A DNA stretch of 32,000 nucleotides, from NCBI GenBank assembly GCA_008080745.1, contig SHMX01000003.1, positions 210,001-242,000 on the forward strand, given 5' to 3'. Position 1 is the stretch's first letter; every line of letters starts with the position of its first letter. Under the pieces are notes generated by a model. It ran no database searches. It was not told where the DNA came from and saw only the letters and a program-made list of their open reading frames with translations. The translations under genes were made by a program, and so were the position numbers. This DNA comes from Candidatus Thorarchaeota archaeon (GTDB taxonomy: Archaea; Asgardarchaeota; Thorarchaeia; Thorarchaeales; Thorarchaeaceae). Positions 18,172 through 27,602 of this stretch are shown here, in pieces.

Positions 18172-18375
18172 CTACATAATAAATGCAAGGAGAAGGAAGT
18201 GGAGACCGAATCCCAGAAAAATAGCTCCAAACAAACCGGACATAATTACCCTAAATAAGGATAGATGACGACCGTGTTCAACATGGATGACTAGCCAGCC
18301 AAATGCCATCATACCAAAGATGATGTAAGCGGCTGCAAAGTATATGTACAGGGATTCAACGACTATCTGAAGCAT
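18172..18375 (-). CDS. Small two-TM membrane protein with a His-rich loop
   Basis: 67 aa, two hydrophobic helices flanking HVEHGRH; GAGGA upstream of the ATG. Confidence 0.65.
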   Translation of the reverse strand: MLQIVVESLYIYFAAAYIIFGMMAFGWLVIHVEHGRHLSLFRVIMSGLFGAIFLGFGLHFLLLAFIM

Positions 18376-18454
18376 TTGTTATTCCTCTTTTGTCCGGTAG
18401 GTATCTCTGCCATTAAGTAGTCAATTTAAACATCACGGTCGTCCAGCTATTGCA

Positions 18455-19216
18455 TTACACAAAGAACTCGTATTCAAATGAGTGCTCTTCTCCATCAATA
18501 TCGATGGTGCGAACGAGTTTTCCACGCTTCTTAGCTTGTTTCCGCTTCTCTTTGAAGGACATATTTGGATCGTCAGGGATCTCGATATCCTCTATATGAA
18601 GTAAATTCACTACGGAAATTGATTTGACATCTTCCGTAATTTTATCTTTTACATCAGGAATCAATTCATCGAACAGATAATCTTTGACCTCATCTGTATT
18701 ATCGAGTGCACCAGTACAGAAATTAGGGGCTTTAGCCTCCTCTTCATCAGCAACAGGTTTTTGTGGTCGAGCTTTGGTTTTTAGTTTCCAAGGCTTTTTA
18801 GCTGGTTTGGGACTTAAATCTAAGAGATAGAAAGTTTCAGGGTCCGCTAGATCCAATAATGCAGCAATATCATCTCTAGCTGCTTGCTCATTGATTTTGG
18901 CTTGGAATGTGAACGTACCACCCTTTTTCTTCTTCTTCTTAAATTCCAGAGGCATGTTTAGAGCAGCAAACTCTTCTCTTCTGTCATCATAAGTGATGAT
19001 GCTACCTTTGACTTTGTGAGACCCTTCTGGTCCAGTAGCCAGATATGTCTTAAGAATTGCCTTCTCTAAGTCCATATCAACTTTGAAAGTAATTCTTGAT
19101 GAAGTTATTCTCAATTCTGCACGTGGGCCTACATGCTCACCAATGCCAAACTTTACCAGTCTAGCATGAGCAAATTCATCAGCTTTACCATGGATTATCT
19201 TTGCTATCCAATTCAT
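18455..19216 (-). CDS. Lys-rich hypothetical protein
   Basis: 253-aa ORF, FKKKKKKGG basic patch, basic C-terminal segment FKEKRKQAKKRGKLVR. Confidence 0.7.
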   Translation of the reverse strand: MNWIAKIIHGKADEFAHARLVKFGIGEHVGPRAELRITSSRITFKVDMDLEKAILKTYLATGPEGSHKVKGSIITYDDRREEFAALNMPLEFKKKKKKGGTFTFQAKINEQAARDDIAALLDLADPETFYLLDLSPKPAKKPWKLKTKARPQKPVADEEEAKAPNFCTGALDNTDEVKDYLFDELIPDVKDKITEDVKSISVVNLLHIEDIEIPDDPNMSFKEKRKQAKKRGKLVRTIDIDGEEHSFEYEFFV

Positions 19217-19276
19217 GCCTATTCAACTCGGTTTTACTCGTTTGTCCCTTTGATTTAAAGCTGTCGTGAATCAAGC

Positions 19277-21040
19277 CTATATGACCACAAGTCCTAGTAG
19301 AGACCATAACCAGACTGCAATAATTGTGACCACAAGTACCGATATCAGATCTACTACTAAACCAGTTGAGATCATCTCACGAATCTCAAGTCTTCCTGTA
19401 CTGTAAGCAATGGTAGATGGTGGTGTTCCAGTCGGTAAAGCAAAGTCCATTGAAACTGCAATAGCAATCACCATGGTGATCAATAGAGGATCTATTCCAA
19501 GACCCGTTGCAAGAGGAATCGCAATGGGTATAAGAATAACAGCAGCACCGGTGTTGGATGCAACCATGGTCACTAACACAGCAATAATTCCGATGATGAC
19601 CACGACAAGAAGAGAGGGTAGTACGCCTAGTCCCCCCATCTGAAATGCCAAGAATGTCGAGAGTCCGGTGTCAATCATCGCACCACCAAGAGCAATACCT
19701 GACCCCAAAATAAGTAGAGAAGACCAGCTTATCTCAGATGATACATCCTTCTCATCAAGTAGTCGCAGAATCAAGAGTGAGAGACCACCCAACAGAGCAA
19801 CAATTGAACTTGAGATACCATGTCCAGACCAGCCAATTGCGTTTGCAAGGATATCTGGTAGTTGTTCAGTCAGCCATAGTATAATTACACTCGAAAAGAC
19901 GACCACAACCAGCTTTTGCTGATTAGTCATAGGCCCAAGACGAAGATATTCCTTATGGGATATCTCCTTGAGTTCACGCATCTCTTCAATATCTTTGGGT
20001 AATTTAAACCTGAATATGATATAGCGCCAGATTATTGGCAGCATGATTAAAACAACAGGCAATCCGAAAGGAATCCAACTAATGAAAGAGAATTCTACAC
20101 CCAAGAAAGATTTGATGTACGAGGCAGCTAGAGGGTTCGGAGGTGAACCAACAAGACTAGCTACACCACCCAGTGTTGCAGAATATGCAACCCCAAGTAC
20201 CAGGGCTTTTCCATACTTATCTCTTACATCTTCGCTGCGAATCTTCGATATCACAGCAAGTGCAATTGGAATCATAATAGCTGCGGATGCAGTATTACTG
20301 ATCCACATCGAAAGAAAGGCAGTAACACCCATGACTGTAATTAGTAAGGAGGACCCCGAACCAGCACTTCTAGATAATATCATTAGAGCTAACCGTTTAT
20401 CTAATTCGTATTTTGAGAGAGCTCTACCTATCAAGAATCCACCAAAAATAAGTGCAACAGCCGGATCAAAGAATGGCATAAGGGCTTCCTGAGGGGTACG
20501 AATGTCTGATAGGACAATCATAACAGGGATAAGAATGGACGTTGCAACAAGACTGATTCCCTCGGTAAACCAGAGAATAGCAACGACCCCAAGTATCATC
20601 ACCGCATAATTGGATTTCACAAGGGGTTGGTATTCGATGGTAAAGGTTTGTCCATCCTGCCTTGTGGGTCTGAGGGTTTGTTGGAACCCGTTCCCATTCT
20701 CTAGGATGACGTGAATTTGTTCTGCTTGTAAATTATCACCAGTAGCTTCTACCACAATAACTAACTCGCTAGATGGGGCAATATTCACGAGTTCTGTCAC
20801 TATGGTTGAAACATTAGTTGAAAATCCAGTGTAGAAGAATTCCATCTCTTCAGCACTAACACCTTCGGCAAATTGGATAGAATAAGTATCCTCAACTGAG
20901 ATTCCATCAGATTCGATATGTATGGTTGCTGAATAGACTCCTGGTTCGATAGAAGGAGGTGCATATGTATAGAGTATAATTCCGGCTACTAGTGAGATTA
21001 TCAGCACAATAACAGTTTTTCGAGGAATCTCATTTGCCAT
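19277..21040 (-). CDS. DASS / SLC13 family sodium-coupled anion symporter with a soluble insertion after TM1
   Basis: ILWFTEGISL, FLSMWISNTAS, LVGSPPNP, ISWSSLLILGSG, VASNTGA, LPTGTPPS. Confidence 0.88.
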   Translation of the reverse strand: MANEIPRKTVIVLIISLVAGIILYTYAPPSIEPGVYSATIHIESDGISVEDTYSIQFAEGVSAEEMEFFYTGFSTNVSTIVTELVNIAPSSELVIVVEATGDNLQAEQIHVILENGNGFQQTLRPTRQDGQTFTIEYQPLVKSNYAVMILGVVAILWFTEGISLVATSILIPVMIVLSDIRTPQEALMPFFDPAVALIFGGFLIGRALSKYELDKRLALMILSRSAGSGSSLLITVMGVTAFLSMWISNTASAAIMIPIALAVISKIRSEDVRDKYGKALVLGVAYSATLGGVASLVGSPPNPLAASYIKSFLGVEFSFISWIPFGLPVVLIMLPIIWRYIIFRFKLPKDIEEMRELKEISHKEYLRLGPMTNQQKLVVVVFSSVIILWLTEQLPDILANAIGWSGHGISSSIVALLGGLSLLILRLLDEKDVSSEISWSSLLILGSGIALGGAMIDTGLSTFLAFQMGGLGVLPSLLVVVIIGIIAVLVTMVASNTGAAVILIPIAIPLATGLGIDPLLITMVIAIAVSMDFALPTGTPPSTIAYSTGRLEIREMISTGLVVDLISVLVVTIIAVWLWSLLGLVVI

Positions 21041-21118
21041 ATATGGAACTCCCAGTTGTTTTACAATTGGTCGTGAGTATCACAGTTAAAAAACTGAGGT
21101 ACTGCGGCAATAGCATGT

Positions 21119-21460
21119 TCAGTCAATAGGTCGAGTTGATAGTATCTCCTCAATACTAGAAGTGGGTAACGTAAATCCCTTGGTCCCCATTATTGTTAGA
21201 GACCTTTCTACTATATGACTAGATTTCTCCTGAAGAATCTCCGTGAGTTCTTTGAACTTATCTAAAGGCCCCTCGTAGACAGTAAATCCAGTGAACGGAG
21301 TACCAAATGCGTTACCTGCCTCCGTCACAATCTTGATTCCCTTTGGGAGATTTTTCTTAATATCCGCCCAATCTTTGAACCATTGGTGCTTCTCCTCATC
21401 AGTCATAGTCCGCAAGCGGTATAGCTGAAGATAGACGAATTCGGTTGCGCCGGTTGACAT
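21119..21460 (-). CDS. Small alpha+beta (ferredoxin-like / GYD-like) protein
   Basis: 113 aa with a beta-alpha-beta-beta-alpha-beta pattern. The fold call is tentative. Confidence 0.55.
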   Translation of the reverse strand: MSTGATEFVYLQLYRLRTMTDEEKHQWFKDWADIKKNLPKGIKIVTEAGNAFGTPFTGFTVYEGPLDKFKELTEILQEKSSHIVERSLTIMGTKGFTLPTSSIEEILSTRPID

Positions 21461-21482
21461 ATCTTACGGTTATGGGGAGAGC

Positions 21483-21491
21483 CTTATAAAG
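21483..21491. promoter_or_regulatory. TATA box readable on both strands in a short divergent intergenic region
   Basis: CTTATAAAG on plus, CTTTATAAG on minus; about 24 nt from the minus-strand ATG at 21460. Confidence 0.55.
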
Positions 21492-21529
21492 CGTAATGTA
21501 GGGTCAGTGCTAACCTCAAGGTGAAAAAA

Positions 21530-22765
21530 ATGGGCTTGAGAGCTTCCGAAAACAAATGGACTTTGATTACGTTATACTTTGTGACTTTAATCATGCGAGC
21601 TGCTTTCTATGCAACCATAGCAGTCATTCAGAGTAATTTCTACATGGGTGGCGAGCTTGTGGGTTGGGGAGCCTCCATGGTGTTAGCAATTTATCCGTTA
21701 GCAGAATTGAGCACAGTTTCATTCTTTGGATCATATAGTGATAAAGTAGGAAGGAAACCTATTCTGGTGGCAAGTCTATTTATCACAGCAACGGCTGCAT
21801 TCTTCTTTGCAATTTCACCCTTGGCTATTCTAGCCTTTGTGTTTGCAGCTCTCTTTGGAATTGGTGCAGCTTCAAAAGTGACTACCACTCTCTCGATAAT
21901 TGCAGATTGTTCCGGAGAAGATGACAGAGCTCGACTCATGGGATATTATGACCTGTCTACATTAATGGGACTTGCTGGAGGATATGGGCTTGGTATGATC
22001 CTCATTCAGTTTGGATTAGATGTGAATCTCATTCTTCTCGCTGCTGCTGCTGCATGTGCAATTGCTGGTTTCATTGCATATCTTATAATTAAGGAAACTA
22101 AGACTGTTGATCATCAAGAGGCCAGCATGATAGAATTACTGAGCAAAGTTGCTAGAGATAAGAGGATTCAGAAGATGATTCCTGTCTACGTACCTATCAT
22201 CTCGCTTTATGGACTTGTGATATCTAAAGCGGAACATATCTTGGAGTCTCATTTCAGCCTCGAAGCAACTGACATTTTGATTCTATTTGCAATGCTTGGA
22301 GGTTCGTTAGTTCTTGGAATTATCATCATGGGACATCTCTCAGATCATCTTAGAAAAAGACGTCCATTCATTGTTACCGGACTTATTGCTTTGGGAGGAT
22401 TGGCATTCCTCTTGGTTGCCAACGCTGAACACTTTGAGCAGTTATGGACAGTTTGGCCATTACTTCCGGTACTGGGATTTGTAACAGGAGGTTTTCCACC
22501 CGCAGCTATGGCATATCTCACCGATATCTCCGAGGCAGATGCAAGAGGAAGTACTATGGGCGTATACAGTATCTTCTTTGGTTCAGGAATGATTATCGGC
22601 CCCTTAGCCGGACAATTATTCTATGATACATGGGGATTGATTCTAGGCCTAGGATTCCTCGTAGTATTATTCATTTCCATTGCGTGCATTGGGACATATT
22701 TCTTACCTGAGGCACACGGACACGCTGTTGCAGTACCACCTCTGGAGCATAGTGAAAACGAATAA
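21530..22765 (+). CDS. Major facilitator superfamily transporter
   Basis: About 12 TM helices; motif A GSYSDKVGRKP and its repeat GHLSDHLRKRRP. ATG 21530 with AGGTGA upstream. Confidence 0.9.
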   Translation: MGLRASENKWTLITLYFVTLIMRAAFYATIAVIQSNFYMGGELVGWGASMVLAIYPLAELSTVSFFGSYSDKVGRKPILVASLFITATAAFFFAISPLAILAFVFAALFGIGAASKVTTTLSIIADCSGEDDRARLMGYYDLSTLMGLAGGYGLGMILIQFGLDVNLILLAAAAACAIAGFIAYLIIKETKTVDHQEASMIELLSKVARDKRIQKMIPVYVPIISLYGLVISKAEHILESHFSLEATDILILFAMLGGSLVLGIIIMGHLSDHLRKRRPFIVTGLIALGGLAFLLVANAEHFEQLWTVWPLLPVLGFVTGGFPPAAMAYLTDISEADARGSTMGVYSIFFGSGMIIGPLAGQLFYDTWGLILGLGFLVVLFISIACIGTYFLPEAHGHAVAVPPLEHSENE

Positions 22766-22788
22766 GCAAATACTGAAAGAAAATGAAG

Positions 22789-22811
22789 AAGGCGGGTAGA
22801 AGTCCCGCCTT
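22789..22811. terminator. Bidirectional stem-loop between convergent genes
   Basis: AAGGCGGG-TAGAAGT-CCCGCCTT (perfect 8-bp arms), with T-rich sequence downstream on both strands. Confidence 0.7.
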
Positions 22812-22842
22812 TAATTCTCCTTTTTGAATGAATGCTTGAAAA

Positions 22843-23976
22843 TTAACCACTGCGTCGTGAATAAATCAGAGATAAAACAACGATACTGGCAAGAAATATT
22901 CCAGCTCCGAGAAATAGCTCTGTTCTAAGAGGGATATCCTCCCAATTTCCAGTTGTCGTTGCAACGTTTGTTGTTGTGGTGGTTGTTGTGGTAGTTGAGG
23001 AAGACTCGGTTGTAGTAGCAGTTGTTTCCTCAGTGGTGGTTGTTGTCGTCTCTGTAGTGGTAGTAGTTGTTTCGGTGGTAGTTGTTGTTGTTGTTTCGGG
23101 TGCATTCCAGCCTGCAAGACTCGCTACTAGCCACCAGAAAGCTTTACCTTTCTGTTCACAACTGGTATAAGTCGTATGGCCTGCTTCACCCCCATTGAAA
23201 TCCTCGTGTTCAACAGGAATAGTATGGACCGTTTCTCCATCGTCATATTCGTATGTATTCTGAGAACCGTTACTCCAACAATCTAGATCCGCGAAATCAA
23301 ACAGAATCTTGTTATTTGATGTACAGTAATCACGAATCAGATTATTGTTCATCCAACGATTATATCCATCTGAGCCAGTACCTTGAGCGTTACAAGTCAT
23401 GTAAACAAAGGTGACGTTAGGATTCGCAGTTTCAAGGTCATTGATTATAGATAGATAGTCTTCTACCTCTTCTGTAGAATAATAGTTCAATTGGGTACAC
23501 CAAGACCATAGAGAAACATTTAGAGTTGGATTATCGTCCAAAGTACCTTGGGTTAGATCAATACCGCTCTGAGTTTCCCAATATTCATCAGGTGTAATGT
23601 AATTGTCTCCACCATTGTTATCCTGTCCATCAAAAATACAAAGTGAATCGGTAGTTTCAGGTAACGAACATATACCCCTACTTACATCAAAAGTTGAATT
23701 TTGAGACTCAATCCGATCAAGACCAGTTGTAATCTGACTTCCATGACTTGTATGGGCATAATGTATTATTACTGAATCTTGCGCTGCTTCAATCCACTCT
23801 TCAGGAATACTGTCGATATCAATACAGGTGTGATCTATTACGAGTCCACCTGGCCAATCAGCCAAATTATGGTCAATAGTAACTTGTCTTGGTTGGATTG
23901 TATTTGACAGCCCCAAAGACAGCAGTAGGGCAATTAGAATCGATACAATAATGTATGGCGTGCGTTTCAATTGCAT
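22843..23976 (-). CDS. Secreted cell-surface protein: globular domain, Thr-rich stalk and C-terminal anchor
   Basis: Signal peptide, globular domain (HYAHTSHGSQ ... DFADLD ... GH), Thr-rich linker, TM helix ending YSRRSG. Confidence 0.75.
   Translation of the reverse strand: MQLKRTPYIIVSILIALLLSLGLSNTIQPRQVTIDHNLADWPGGLVIDHTCIDIDSIPEEWIEAAQDSVIIHYAHTSHGSQITTGLDRIESQNSTFDVSRGICSLPETTDSLCIFDGQDNNGGDNYITPDEYWETQSGIDLTQGTLDDNPTLNVSLWSWCTQLNYYSTEEVEDYLSIINDLETANPNVTFVYMTCNAQGTGSDGYNRWMNNNLIRDYCTSNNKILFDFADLDCWSNGSQNTYEYDDGETVHTIPVEHEDFNGGEAGHTTYTSCEQKGKAFWWLVASLAGWNAPETTTTTTTETTTTTTETTTTTTEETTATTTESSSTTTTTTTTTNVATTTGNWEDIPLRTELFLGAGIFLASIVVLSLIYSRRSG
22951..23097 (-). repeat. Low-complexity Thr-rich coding repeat (E-T6/7 units)
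   Basis: 49 codons, 36 of them Thr, with mixed ACN codon usage. Confidence 0.85.
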
Positions 23977-24143
23977 AGCTCCTTTACGCGATTAGGTTGT
24001 TTTCAATGATAACCGTGATAGTAATTTACTGTTTCGGCGAAAATGATAGAAAATATCCACGAGTTCTAGGTCAGCAATAACAGTTAATAGAAACAATAAA
24101 CTTCACCATAGTAGTATCCCATTATACACGGGGAGATACAACC

Positions 24144-24758
24144 ATGGTCAGACTTACTACCATTAGCAATATTCTAGCAGGAATAGGACTGGCAATCTTG
24201 GGATTCTCAGCGGTACTCAAATATCTGCTTGAGAGTCTTGGTACTGCAGATACAGCTTTTCCGTTCTATACATGGATAATAGCTGCTGTGATACTTGGCA
24301 TTGTTATTTTTATGAGCGTCATTACGACGTTCTCTGAAATGACAGGCTTCGTACATCCGGAGGATAAGCTAGTTAGCAATATGTTTGTATTCCTAATTAC
24401 AATTGGCACCTTTCTGATGTTTGGTATCCTAGACGAAGGAGAACTCTATCAGAGCTGGATGTACAACATCGCATCAATGATGATGATTGCCTTTGTATTC
24501 TTGTTCATCTTCGTATTCTTCTCAGCTACCATAACTGAGGGAGGCGATACTGGACAGGTTAAGGAGATGACAGCCAGATTCATGTTGGTTTCATTGGTTC
24601 TAGGAGGAATTCTAGCAGGACTCAAATTGGGTCTTGATCTGATATATGATACCTATTTCTACGAATCGGCAGCAGGACTTCTAGGAATAATTTCCGTAGC
24701 ACTAACTGTGCTTATTGTCATGTTCTTAGGAAGAAGATACGAGCCTGTTGGTGAATAA
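24144..24758 (+). CDS. Six-TM integral membrane protein, function unknown
   Basis: 204 aa with six hydrophobic segments; GGGAG upstream of the ATG. Confidence 0.75.
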   Translation: MVRLTTISNILAGIGLAILGFSAVLKYLLESLGTADTAFPFYTWIIAAVILGIVIFMSVITTFSEMTGFVHPEDKLVSNMFVFLITIGTFLMFGILDEGELYQSWMYNIASMMMIAFVFLFIFVFFSATITEGGDTGQVKEMTARFMLVSLVLGGILAGLKLGLDLIYDTYFYESAAGLLGIISVALTVLIVMFLGRRYEPVGE

Positions 24759-24770
24759 GACTAGATTAGT

Positions 24771-24822
24771 GATGGAATGATTCCATCTATCCCCCTTGAG
24801 GGGATATTTCTTTCTTTTTTTT
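24771..24822 (+). terminator. Two tandem stem-loops followed by a long U-tract
   Basis: GATGGAA-TGA-TTCCATC (24771-24787), TATCCCC-CTTGA-GGGGATA (24788-24806), then TTTCTTTCTTTTTTTT. Confidence 0.7.
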
Positions 24823-24912
24823 AGAATATCAGGGCAAATAACATAAACAACTCTATATTTCATTTGCCTAGATTATACATAATTTGTCGCGACGATAAAG
24901 GATGGGTTAGCA

Positions 24913-26880
24913 ATGGCTGATGATATGCTCTGGCTCGGTTTTCATTTGGATGAAAAAGGTAAACGAACTGATAAAAAATTCGAAATAAGTCAAGACCTCC
25001 TGAGGAGACACGGTGGTGTATTTGGCTCTACAGGTTCTGGAAAGACGGTATTGAGTAAGGTGATTCTTGAAGAAGCTGCTTTGAAAGGTATTCCAATTAT
25101 CGCATTCGATCCGCAGGGGGATATAGCTTCTCTTATGCTTCCTGGAGACCCTAAAGAATTGGAGAAGAAGGGTGTTCCACCAGAACGTCTCAAGAAATAT
25201 ATGGACAAGGTGGTAGTCCGAGTATACACTCCAGCAAGTAGTAAAGGACTAGCAATATCAATTAATCCACTAAAATTGCCTGATAAGAACGCGGATCCAG
25301 ATGATATTGTGAGACTGATGGATAATTCAGCTCGTACGCTCACCAAAGTTCTCATGAAGGTTGGTGGACTCTCTCGATCCTGGGAGGCGAAATCGTTTGC
25401 TGTGATTTATGAACTTCTAAGAAACATCTGGGAGAGTGAGCAGGACCTTGGCGGTCTTGGTGACTTGGCAAATATGCTTGTTGCGCCAGTGGAAGAGATT
25501 GGAGTGGATTTGGAACCATTCATGAAAGAGTCGGAGAGACAAACGTTGGCTACAAGAATACGGACTCTAACTGTTGGTTCATCACAACTGTTATTCAAAG
25601 AAGAAGGACAGATCGACTTTGATGAATTGACTCAACCAGTTCAAGGAAAGACACCAATCAATGTCATCTTTCTTAAAACACTCCGAAGTGAAGAAGAGAA
25701 GCACTTCTTCATATCGATTGTTCTGAATCAATTATACTCTTGGATGCTAAAGCAGGGGTATCAAGAAGATCCAAGAATGATACTATTCCAAGATGAAGCT
25801 GCGCCATTTATCCCCGCCGGAATGAAGGCACCAGGACCAAAGGAAACCTTCCTACTACTATTCAGACAAGCTCGAAAATATGGAGTCGAATGTCTCATTG
25901 CAACTCAGAGCCCGAAAGATATCGATTACAAGGCTTTCGAACAATTCAACACTATAGCATCTGGACGTATCAGCAGCGACCAGTCACTAAAAGTACTTGA
26001 GAGAATTCTTGAACCGATTGCAGGTGAAAAGGAGTCGGAGGAGATAATTAGCATGCTTCCAGGTCAACAGACTGCTTCGTTCATCTTTTCTTCTGCAGAC
26101 CTTAAACCTAAGGTGAACCATATAGGTGTTCGTTGGCTCTTAACCAATCATATCACTCTCACTGAGAAAGATGTTCAGCAGCATATGAAGGAACTGAGAA
26201 AACAACAAGAGAAAATCCTCAAAGAGATGGAAAAAGAGAGGCTCAAAAGAGAGAAGGAAGAAGAAGAGCGTAAAAAGAAATTAGCAGAGGAACGAAAAAA
26301 GGCTGCTGACGCTAAGAAACGTGAAGAAGAACGTCGAAAAGCAGAAGAGGAGAAACGTCGTAAAGAGGAGGAAGCACGTAAAGCCAAGGAAAAGGAGCTT
26401 GCGGCAAAGAAAGCCAAATTTGCCAAAGCAAAAGATGAAGAGCCAGTCTTTGACACCAAGGGAAAGGCTGATGCGGTATCTTACGACGACCTTGTAAACG
26501 GATTTATTGCACGTATAGAAAGGATAGCAAGTACAACCTTTGGTCTACCATTTTTGCGAGAGCTGATCAAACGAGGACAACTCCACTATGAGAAGGCACT
26601 CTCTTATTATCTCAAAGAAACCCGTGAAGCAATCAAACAGGGACTTGCTCGAAAAGAGAAAATCGAGATTGAAAAACGCGGCAAGAAAAAGAAGGTCATG
26701 TACATCATATATGACTTTGAGCACGTGCTAAATCAAGTCATCCAAAGTATGGGTATTAAAGAACCCGAATATGTGGATGAAAAACGATTGAAGAAACGAT
26801 TTGAGGAATTGGTAAGAACCGCAAAGAAGAATTCATTCCTAGAGAGAATCGCTCTTGGTCAACCATTCCTTGAGTTTTAA
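24913..26880 (+). CDS. HerA/FtsK-superfamily ATPase (DUF87/DUF853-like) with a charged helical segment and C-terminal domain
   Basis: HGGVFGSTGSGKT, FDPQGD, ILFQDEA, ARKYG, ATQSP; E/K/R-rich segment at about 26185-26440. Confidence 0.85.
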   Translation: MADDMLWLGFHLDEKGKRTDKKFEISQDLLRRHGGVFGSTGSGKTVLSKVILEEAALKGIPIIAFDPQGDIASLMLPGDPKELEKKGVPPERLKKYMDKVVVRVYTPASSKGLAISINPLKLPDKNADPDDIVRLMDNSARTLTKVLMKVGGLSRSWEAKSFAVIYELLRNIWESEQDLGGLGDLANMLVAPVEEIGVDLEPFMKESERQTLATRIRTLTVGSSQLLFKEEGQIDFDELTQPVQGKTPINVIFLKTLRSEEEKHFFISIVLNQLYSWMLKQGYQEDPRMILFQDEAAPFIPAGMKAPGPKETFLLLFRQARKYGVECLIATQSPKDIDYKAFEQFNTIASGRISSDQSLKVLERILEPIAGEKESEEIISMLPGQQTASFIFSSADLKPKVNHIGVRWLLTNHITLTEKDVQQHMKELRKQQEKILKEMEKERLKREKEEEERKKKLAEERKKAADAKKREEERRKAEEEKRRKEEEARKAKEKELAAKKAKFAKAKDEEPVFDTKGKADAVSYDDLVNGFIARIERIASTTFGLPFLRELIKRGQLHYEKALSYYLKETREAIKQGLARKEKIEIEKRGKKKKVMYIIYDFEHVLNQVIQSMGIKEPEYVDEKRLKKRFEELVRTAKKNSFLERIALGQPFLEF

Positions 26881-26915
26881 GAAACTGTGTGCTCGCATGT
26901 AGCGAGCACTGTTTC
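26881..26915. terminator. Stem-loop between convergent genes
   Basis: GTGCTCGC-ATGTA-GCGAGCAC (26889-26909), extendable through a bulge by GAAAC/GTTTC. Confidence 0.65.
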
Positions 26916-26921
26916 CAATTT

Positions 26922-27602
26922 TTATTCATTAAAATAGAATGCGAGTCTTCCAAATTCGCATTCGACCCACTGCTCAATGATCATTTTGGTTTTTTCCATT
27001 GCATCATTCATACTAGTTTCTGATACTACGGGAGCACCATATATCAGAAGAAGGATATCACGGCTATTCTCTCTTACACGAGTCTTTTGAGAATCATAGC
27101 TGGCAAATCCAAAACATACTATCTTATCCGCATCTGCGAGAACAATCTCTCTACCACGACAGATTATACTTTTTCCTCCAATACGCTCGAATACTTCTCC
27201 TCTCTCTGCTGTTCTCACGGAAAGGTTTCCTTTTAGATAAGCAGAATCAATCAAGCCAATCGGTAAACTATGATAGGCAGAAGCAAGATTTGCGGTGTCA
27301 ACTATATTTGATATTCGCCATAGGTTTTCACGCTTAAGAATTCTTCTTACCAGCGCCTCACTAGATACTCGGATTTTTGTTGGATCCATACCATGTCGCC
27401 AATAGAGGTCACGATAGGACCTAAAGGGAGAATAATTGCTAAGACTGTCTAGGTCATTGAATTTGAGTCTTATCTCATTGAATATCGATGCTTCAAATTC
27501 TTGAAAATCGGGCAAAGAACCAGAAACATTAGTTTCTACAAGTGGTAATATCCCAATACTGAGTTTTTCAGAGGTTTCAAAGGTCACCCGAGGAAGTTTC
27601 AT
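26922..27602 (-). CDS. Stand-alone B3/4-domain protein (PheT-like tRNA editing domain)
   Basis: YRDLYWRHGMDPTKIRVSSEALVRR, ISNIVDTANLAS, PIGLID, GREIVLAD. Confidence 0.85.
   Translation of the reverse strand: MKLPRVTFETSEKLSIGILPLVETNVSGSLPDFQEFEASIFNEIRLKFNDLDSLSNYSPFRSYRDLYWRHGMDPTKIRVSSEALVRRILKRENLWRISNIVDTANLASAYHSLPIGLIDSAYLKGNLSVRTAERGEVFERIGGKSIICRGREIVLADADKIVCFGFASYDSQKTRVRENSRDILLLIYGAPVVSETSMNDAMEKTKMIIEQWVECEFGRLAFYFNE

Noticed and set aside
22951-23097. Tandem GTT/GTG/GTA repeats resembling a microsatellite or CRISPR array
   Set aside because: They encode a Thr stalk with varied codons; there are no identical repeats with unique spacers and no cas genes.
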